64,000 bases of DNA from Eledone cirrhosa (Eukaryota): the NCBI GenBank assembly GCA_964016885.1, contig OZ024743.1, positions 109,058,001 to 109,122,000 of the forward strand, given 5' to 3'. This document shows positions 55,458 to 64,000 of the stretch, piece by piece. Numbering within the stretch: position 1 is the first letter of the stretch; the number at the start of each line of letters is the position of its first letter. The notes beneath the pieces are model-generated. The model was not told where the DNA came from and made no database searches. It saw only the letters and a list, made by a program, of their open reading frames with translations. Position numbers and translations under genes: made by a program.

Positions 55458-55575
55458 TGTGTATGTGTGTATATATGTATGTGTGTTTGCGTGTGTGTAT
55501 TGTGAGTATATGTATATGAGTGTTTATATATGAGTGTGTGTACATGTGTGAAGTGTGTCCATACACACATATATA

Positions 55576-55622
<47 letters not shown>

Positions 55623-55625
55623 GTA

Positions 55626-55694
<69 letters not shown>

Positions 55695-56614
55695 ATATAT
55701 GTGGTTATAGGTGTGTATGTGTTGATACAGATATGTATGAATATGTATGTAGATGATTATGTGGACATGTGTAAATGTCTATTTAGGTTTGCATCTATTT
55801 GTGCGTATGTATATTTTTGGTTGGATATCATTATAACTGTACCTCTCTATATATAGTGTGGCTATATGCACGTTGTAATCTATGAAATTTATGTGTTTTA
55901 ACAACACCATCATGTATTTATCTGAGTTCGATTATTTATACATAAACATACTTGATAGTATTTTAGAGCGTATCATATGCTGTATTATACTAGGTGCAAT
56001 TTACCACACCTTACTATATTTTGTTGGTTATGTTGTATATTATCGCATTACTGTATTTCATTATCTTATTATAATTTTCATCTTTTAATATACCAGCTTT
56101 CCTAGTCATAACCTTAAATTATATTCACCTCATACACTAATCACCATTTATTTTTATCTTTCTTTTTATTTTTACATTCCTTTTAAACCACACTATTCCA
56201 GATACATTCAACTATCAGTTTGACAATCCCTTTCCTCCTAATAGATTGTTATGCCAATTCTACAATTAACATCATTCAAACATTCCTTTCAAAGGGTCAT
56301 GACCTCAACTAAATTGTATTACTTTTCATCTTAACACCATATGAAAAAAACAATTTGATTGGTTAGTTCTTCAACAACCTCCAAATAAGGACATGCTACT
56401 AACATACTGCTCATTCTGAATAACATTATTATTGCTTTTGAAAACAGGTGGTGATATGCATGTAAGTAAATATTCTCTTTATCTGATATTTTGTAACTGA
56501 CCGTATATTGATCTATAACGGAGTATAGCTACAATGTATTGTCATCACCTAGAAACGATTGTAAAGCAGTGATGTATATATCTAATGACTTGATTTTCTA
56601 TTTCATTGTTTTAA

Positions 56615-56618
<4 letters not shown>
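53401..56618 (+). mobile_element. 5'-truncated Penelope-like element with an inverted pLTR at the 5' end and a direct pLTR at the 3' end
   Basis: 53825-55180 encodes ILKNVVYNISLRLSKLSS...APFYNEAL, WYNAPFN, HKHFPPNHRYHQIFN and CNCRNRSICLLNGNCLINNVIYKCTV...YIGST. pLTR at 53401-53640 (-) and 56431-56618 (+). Confidence 0.87.
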
Positions 56619-56685
<67 letters not shown>

Positions 56686-56699
56686 GTATATATAAGCAT

Positions 56700-57010
56700 A
56701 TATTAGTAATTGGAGCTTGCAATCGGGAGATTGCGAGTTCGATCCTTGGCTGATGCGTTGTGTCCTTGAGGAAGACAATATGTTGCACGTTGCTCCAGTG
56801 TACCCATATGTATAAATCCGTCACATGTGCCAAGCTGTATCATCCATTGCCTTTCCCTCAGTCAACATCGCTCGCGATGTGAATGGGGTTGGTATGCATG
56901 GGTGATTGCAGATCATCCGCAAACAACCCTGCTCGGACGTGTGTCTCGGAGGGGATCTCTCTAGGTATAAATCCCATGGACTTTTGTGAACGAAGTGCGT
57001 CTTTATCCTT
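56700..57010 (+). mobile_element. Second tRNA-derived SINE family (CORE-like), degraded
   Basis: B-box gagttcgatcc followed by gtgtccttgaggaagaca...gttgctccagt. Confidence 0.55.
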
Positions 57011-57062
57011 ATGCTTTTCATATATATAGTCATATATACGTATACACTCGCACACACACATA

Positions 57063-57112
<50 letters not shown>

Positions 57113-57219
57113 AATAAACATTCAGCGAGAAAAGCATTTTGGCGGGCAGGAAATCGGAGCGATACGCAAAAATCAGAAATGATATATATATATGAATATA
57201 CATACGGAGACAGAGAGAG

Positions 57220-57314
<95 letters not shown>

Positions 57315-57315
57315 G

Positions 57316-57369
<54 letters not shown>

Positions 57370-58029
57370 GCGCTAGCACACTAAGTATGCGAGAATGTCA
57401 TATCGGTGAACGTATAATGTGTACAAACGAGACTGTACCAAGATGTTTATAAATATACAAATATCTAGGATGTAGCCAATAACACATCTTAATTAATTAC
57501 CAACACGAGGTCTAATTATATGCAAATTAGTACGTTCCTTTCAGAATAATTCTGAGAGAAAATGGCTATATAAATCTATCAAATGCATGGCTGTGAGTAC
57601 TTGGATAATATACAGGCCTTCTGTTTCTCTATTCACATTGGTGCAGTCTCTGTTACACATTCAATTACACAGATACAATTACACACACACAGACATATAT
57701 ATTTAATATAGAGAAATACAGTCTACTCGAGTTGTCATTTTAGGATAGCCTGCACACCAGAATATAAGTGTATCTGCTGATATGATGCGGGAGAGAGAAA
57801 AGGAGAGGGAAACATCTCCATTGGGAGCCATGTACCATTGAAAAGGGGTTAGTCATGTCTAGGGGCGGAAATGCGCATAAAATACCCGGAGGAAGGAAAA
57901 GGTTAATGACAGGCAACGATTCCAAACCTTCAAGAAACGGCTGTGATCATCTCTGAGAGAAAAGGGGGCGGAATTATGAGGCAAAAAGAGAATAACAGAA
58001 ATATAGAATGGGAAATAACATGTTCGTAC

Positions 58030-58210
58030 GGAGCTGTTTTCCATTGGAAAAGTGTTTCGCCGATCTAGGAGTAGAAGAGGTAACAGCAGCTAGCGGGGCT
58101 AACAGCGAAAGTATCAGCAGCAGTGAGCGTACGCCAAAGAAAACGAAATAAAAGACGAGAGGGGGAATAGAAGTGTAAGTTAAGGCAAAAGCCCTTGGTC
58201 TGAATTCCAT
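58030..58210 (-). CDS. Candidate first coding exon with a signal-peptide-like N-terminus (unverified)
   Basis: MEFRPRAFALTYTSIPPLVFYFVFFGVRSLLLILSLLAPLAAVTSSTPRSAK... lies in a repeat-free, GC-elevated island. The only candidate donor is weak (GTACGA). Confidence 0.25.
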
Positions 58211-58508
58211 CTGTTTCAAAGTAGATTCATGGATTATATGTATGTAAATAAATTTATGAATCGAATAATCGACTTCAATGGAACAGGACTCGGAGCAACC
58301 ATATTTTTTTTCTCTCTCCTTCAAATTATCCAAGGAGTTATACTTATATTCTGCTGTGCGGGCTATTTGAAAACTGTACGAAACCATTCCCATGGCTGAA
58401 GGCTGATGTGGAAACGACATATTTTCTGTTTTTATATCTGCCTGTTTTTCTCTTTTTTTTTCTCATAACATCCCCCTCTTCTTCTCTCAGGGATACTCAC
58501 CTACTCCC

Positions 58509-58598
<90 letters not shown>

Positions 58599-59436
58599 AT
58601 ATATATATAAATACAAATATATTCAAACAGTAGATATGGGTCACAATAATGTTGGTTGCATTAATATCGGTTATCATTAGTTAGACATCAAATCCCACCA
58701 ATATCAACTATGTCTTTTAATCTTTCGGATTTGAAGAAATATTGTCCTAGTAAGGCACTGAGTTGGTCTATTCCACTTTCTCCTTCCTCACAAGTTCTGG
58801 CTTTGTGCCTAATGTAGAAATCATTATCATTTTTTATGTGTGGAATGCAATACGTCTTCGGATCTGTGCTAGTAGTTAGCAAACATTTACTTTCAAAACG
58901 TATTAGTATATATTTTTATAAAGGATAAAGTATTTAGTAGTATCAGAAACACAGAACTTATAAGGATTGAATATGACATACTTCATCTCATTTAATATAA
59001 TCAAATGAAAGCAAAGGTTGGTGTAGCTCGCAGGCATTTAAATCAAAGATATCTTCTACGCTTAAAAAAAATATTCTCTTTATGATATATAATCCAAAAA
59101 TATTTCAAAACATGTAATACACATGTATTCTTTCTTTTTGATATATCTTTCATATTGCCTCTGGGGTATGTAACTTTGACTAGAGAAAGATAGGGAAATA
59201 TATTCGTACTAATTCGTCGAAAACTAATATAGGTTAAAGCAGAGTTGTATAAATACTTTTATAACGGGTTCACGTCAAGTAATATTTTCTTAGAAATTTA
59301 AACATAAGTTAGTTAATTATGAAATGATTTAGATTCATATATCCGAGAGCAAATATGTTATGATTCCATGATGTTGAGAACACAGTGAGGAAGTATGAGT
59401 TGAAATTAATTGCCCTCATTATTACAACATAGTGTA

Positions 59437-59655
59437 GGGCGGTGGATTGGCAGTATCGGTAGAGGGTCGGAGGCCATGCTTTGCAGAATAGAGTTACGGC
59501 CCTTTATGATCTGAGTTCAAATCCCGCCGAGCTTAATTTGTCTTTCATCCTTACGGATTCGATAAAATAAAGTACCAGTCACGCACTGGAGTCGATTTGA
59601 TCGACTGTAACCCCCTCCCCAAGATTGCTGGCCTTGTGCCTATATAAAAAACAAT
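59437..59655 (+). mobile_element. Full-length SINE family A, long variant with an extra ~25-bp insert before the tail
   Basis: Consensus plus gagtcgatttgatcgactgtaaccccctccc. The copy at 36758 has a similar insert. Confidence 0.9.
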
Positions 59656-60688
59656 CGTTATAAAATATTGTGTCCTTGAGAATAATTTGGAAATATATGA
59701 AATTAGGTACTGCAGAAGATATAACAATCTAAATTAGCTAGATGTTACATGATTTGAAGATTCATATGTTCGTCGATATGATAAATTATCTCTTCTTCTA
59801 CACATCCGAAGATGTGCATTTGTGGCTTAATACCATGTGAATTATAAATTGTAACAGCTTGTTTCACTGTTTATATGTATAAAATGATTCATATCCATAG
59901 AAACAATAGTTGAGATTAAAGATGAATCCGATTTAACAACCTTGGTTCATTCGGTATTAAATGTTAATTCTCACCGTCTTCAACTGTGTGTATCTTAACC
60001 TTTAGTTATACTATGATTTCTCCTTCCTATTGATCATAAGTGCGCATTGAGTTTTACACACCGTACCAAAAATTATAGTGGATTTCTCCACTATAATTAC
60101 TTGTTTATATTTTTCTCGCGACAAGCTGAAAGAATTGGGGCCCAGAACCTAACGAAACGTGAGTACCTGTTTCTGTCACTAGTGTAATTATATATATATA
60201 TATATATATTATGGACGCATACTTTACTGTGTTTACATCTACACATATTAATATTATAATGCTCAGTATTTATACTTTGAGCTTCGTATCAATATCAGTT
60301 AATAACTCTATATTTTATTTCTATTTCCGCTCCCTATTTGCTGAGCTTATAAAATGAGTGTAATTGGGCATAACCACTCGCACCACGTATAGCTTTCAAC
60401 ACACAAGGTATCAACTTCCGTCAGTTTCTTGTTACATGTGTTTTGTGTCATTCAATCTAATCTCTCGCTGAAGGATTATTTGTTACAAACACACTTTTTT
60501 CAGGGCGAAACAGATTAAATCTTTAGTCTGTCCGAGAGATGAAATCGTTATTGATATGGTATGTATAAGAAATCTTGTACCCTACTGTATGTTTCAGTTT
60601 AAATATATAACAAATTTGTGGTGAAATCTACCCACGTAATTTTAGACGCAGAATTTACTATGTTTACTTCTACACATATTAATATTAT

Positions 60689-61076
60689 AATTGTTTCTAG
60701 GTTTGGCACAAGGCCAGCAATTCACCAGTACATTACTGGTACTTTATTTTATCGACCCCGTAAGGATGAAAGGAAAAGTTAACCTCGGTGGGATTTGAAC
60801 TCAGAATAACAAGGGCCGTAACTCTATGCGTCAAAGCATGGTGTCCGACCCTCTACCGATACTGCCAATCCACCACCCTTTATTAATATTATAATTGTTT
60901 CTACTCTATGCACAAGGCCAGCAATTACCCAGTGCATTACTGGTACTTTATTTTATCGAGCCCGTAAGGATGAAAGGCAAAGTCAACCTCGGCGGGATTT
61001 GAACTCAGATCGTAAAGGGACGTAACTATGCTGGAAAGCATGGCGTCCGACCCTCTACCGATACTGCCAATCCACC
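60689..61076 (-). mobile_element. Two tandem SINE family A copies delimited by three attaatattataat units
   Basis: Units at ~60678, 60882 and 61081. Confidence 0.93.
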
Positions 61077-61307
61077 ATTTATTAATATTATAATGCTCAG
61101 TACTTATACTTTGTGCTTGTTAATTGCAGGGTATCAATATGAATTAATAACTCTCTCTCTCTCTCGCTCTCTCTCTCTTGTTCTGTCTCTGTCTCTCTCT
61201 CTCTCACCCTCTCTCTCTCTCTATATATATATAGTTATTAACTCATATTGATACCCTACTATGAACAAGCTCAAAGTATAAATACTGAGCATTATAATAT
61301 TAATAAA

Positions 61308-61418
61308 GGGTGCTGGATTGGCAGTATCAGTAGAGGGTCGGACCTCATGCTTTGACACATAGAGTTACGGCCCTTGTCATTCTGAGTTCAAATCACGCCG
61401 AGGTTAACTTTTCCTTTC
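61308..61418 (+). mobile_element. SINE family A 5' half within an inverted duplication
   Basis: gggtgctggattggcagtatc...gaggttaacttttcctttca. Confidence 0.85.
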
Positions 61419-61444
61419 AGCGATTCTCGTTGAATCTTTATTTG

Positions 61445-61477
<33 letters not shown>

Positions 61478-61696
61478 TGGTAAACGGAATAGAAAATGCT
61501 GACAAATTGTTCACAGTTGAAAAATGGTTTAATTAGGAATAAAAGAGTATTAGTGATTGTATGGGTTAGTATTCAGTTGTGGTTTTAAGTTTTTAAGTTT
61601 TTACCGGTTGCGCATTTCTAAATGCTTTTCAAAAATAATTTTGAGATAGAGTGTCCGTGCTGTTTGCTCTGATCTGATTAGTTTTGGGAATTCTAC

Positions 61697-61914
61697 CTGT
61701 TTTTATGTTAAAAAAGTGGCTCCAATTTGCAAAAATTCTTGTGGTCAAAACAATTTTGATTGGTCGGTAGAGGTCATGTGAATGTAAAAAATTGATTTTG
61801 CGCCAAGACTGTTTTTATGTTAAAAAAGTGGCTCCAGCAAAAATTCTTGTGGTCAAAACAATTTTGATTGGTCGGTAGAGGTCATGTGAATAAAAAATTG
61901 GTTTTGCGCCAAGA
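61697..61914 (+). repeat. Tandem duplication of a ~110-bp unit
   Basis: ctgtttttatgttaaaaaagtggctcca...gcgccaaga occurs twice. Confidence 0.92.
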
Positions 61915-62041
61915 TTGAGAAATGACTCTTTCACAATAAATATGTGTGTGTGTGTGTGTGTGTGTGTAGTAGTAGTAGTAGTAAGGTGTTCGATGTTGTG
62001 ATAATGGTTAGCAGCGATGTGTGTCAAATGGCTATTAAGAT

Positions 62042-62144
<103 letters not shown>

Positions 62145-62513
62145 GCAGAGTAATTCGTGGTGGCAGGGATGGTCAGTAAGAATGTGTCTGAAAGCAATGG
62201 GGGGTATTTTAGCATGTCAAAAGATATTTTTCAGCTTTTGTTTTATACGGAGAAGTGCGTGTGTGTGTGTGTGTGTGTGTATATATAAGACTCTTTGTAT
62301 GTTGATGTACGCGTGTGTATGTGTGTGTGTATATATATGTGTGTGTGTGTGTTTGTGTGTGGGTGGACCAGTATTTTTTCCCCCTGGTAAAATGGTGTAC
62401 ATTATTCGATTTTTTCAGTAAAATCGGTTCTCTTAATAGAACATCAAAAATCTTAACAATAAAAGGTGTGAAATGATATTCACTATATATATATACACAT
62501 ACATATATTCACT

Positions 62514-62546
<33 letters not shown>

Positions 62547-62694
62547 CATATATATACATATATATATGCACATATATTTTTTTGTGTTGCACCATAGAGC
62601 ATGTGTGTTTACGTATGTCATTGTGTTTATATGTGGGTAGAGATGTGTGCTGATGTAGGTATGTATGTTGACGTGTGTATGTTGTGGGTTCGTC

Positions 62695-62803
62695 TTAGGG
62701 AGAAGTGTTTAGACGGGGTCCGTATTTGTTAATGAAGTAAGATTCCTTGCTGATGCGCTGGGTGTGGGTGGCATTATCTTTAAATTTGTAGAGGGGAAAG
62801 AAT
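62695..62803 (-). pseudogene. PLE GIY-YIG C-terminal remnant
   Basis: The minus strand reads FFPLYKFKDNATHTQRISKESYFINKYGPRLNTSP*, matching R..KE.YFI.KY.P.LN. Confidence 0.65.
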
Positions 62804-63699
62804 CTTTCGTAAGTCTCTAGCTATTGTTAGGCTAGATAAATGAATAAATAAATAAAGAAAGAAATAAAGAAAGAAATAAAGAAATAACGAAATAAGTAAA
62901 TAAACTAGGTGGGACGAAATAGCCAAGGACCCTCTAAGAGGTATAAGTACTTAAATCATACGGTGACGGGTCAACAAATGGGGCCAAAATACTAAAGAAA
63001 CTACCACGAAATAAATAATAAAGGTTTCTATCCGGGCACAATGCCAGCAACCACCCAGTGCAGCAAAGTAAACTAGTATGAGATAATAATTCTGAGTCTC
63101 GAAAAAAATATATACTAATGCTAACTCTAAAAGATCTTATACAAGCTACATGAAAGTTCGTACGAAGTAAAGGTAGAATACGGAAAAATAAATTCAGAAT
63201 CCACCCCGGCCAAAAGAAAAGAGAAGAAAGAAATACTGAAACGAGAAAATATGGCATAAGTACCACTAAGAAATATAGAAGGCACGGAAAATAGTGGGAG
63301 CGGTCGGAAAAAGGGGGCAAGTATCCGAGGTCTAACACAACTGCTATAAAAAGCGGAGTCCGCCAAATCTATCATAGACTAGGTGAGGGGGTGGGGGTAC
63401 TGAGCCTACAGGGGGCCAAAGGGCAGCCTCGGGTGGGCGAGAAAAGACGCCGACAAAGAAGAAGAACTGGGGTAGAAGGACTAAGGAGGGATGGGGGGAA
63501 GAAGGAAATAAAGGAAGCGATAAAAGAATAAAAAGAAGATCTTACGTCTCCCTTGGCAAGCAGGGGTTACCCATTGCAAAATCGGCAAGTGGGGTGTTAT
63601 AGCCCTAGTTTACCCCCCCCCCCCCCTAGGTCATTATGGGGTTTGAGGGCGAGGTAATTCCTACGCAATCAATGTTTACATGCAGTAACCAGCTCAACT

Positions 63700-64000
63700 T
63701 TCTTGTTTAGGAGTTGGTCCGATGGGAGTTGTCACCTCTGCGTTGTGGGGAGGATTGAACCATGTTACATTGCGTGAGCGGCGGTGTTTCCTGCTGGTTC
63801 CGCTAATGGGAGCTGGACAGTAGGATATGTCCTGCCGGAAACCACTCCGCTTGAGGGCCTGGTTGTAATAAGGGGCATGTTCATCGAATATCTGCTCATT
63901 AGCTGACAAACGGGATATTCGGAGGGAGATGTTTTTGACCAGGTTGTTGGTGATGTTCCTAGGATGGTTAGATCGGCGGTGGATGTAGTGCAGGTTGTCA
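63700..64000 (-). pseudogene. PLE RT thumb/linker fragment (runs off the window)
   Basis: YIHRRSNHPRNITNNLVKNISLRISRLSANEQIFDEHAPYYNQALKRSGF...TWFNPP. Confidence 0.85.

Overview
AT-rich, microsatellite-saturated eukaryotic DNA, most like a cephalopod (Octopus-type) intronic or intergenic region. This assignment is inferred from composition and from a resemblance to octopus tRNA-derived SINEs recalled from memory. No intact host gene, RNA gene or CRISPR is recognisable, and almost all ORF-track entries are (TA)n/(CA)n translation artefacts. The centrepiece (36.76-47.84 kb) is a pile-up of retroelements at (TAA)n: two tRNA-SINEs, a near-full-length R4/Dong-clade LINE (RT plus restriction-like endonuclease), a full-length Tx1-clade LINE on the minus strand with (TAA)n on both flanks, and a second Dong-like 3' fragment. 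The Tx1 3' terminus resembles the 3' tail of the roughly 25-copy SINE, and both abut (TTA)n in the same polarity. This suggests a (TAA)n-targeting Tx1-SINE partnership, in which SINEs build arrays by re-using a single target site. Also present: several Penelope-like remnants with hammerhead-like motifs, RTE-derived pieces, a mariner fossil, a ~150-bp mini-Helitron and many fold-back inverted repeats. Boundaries were read by eye and are approximate.
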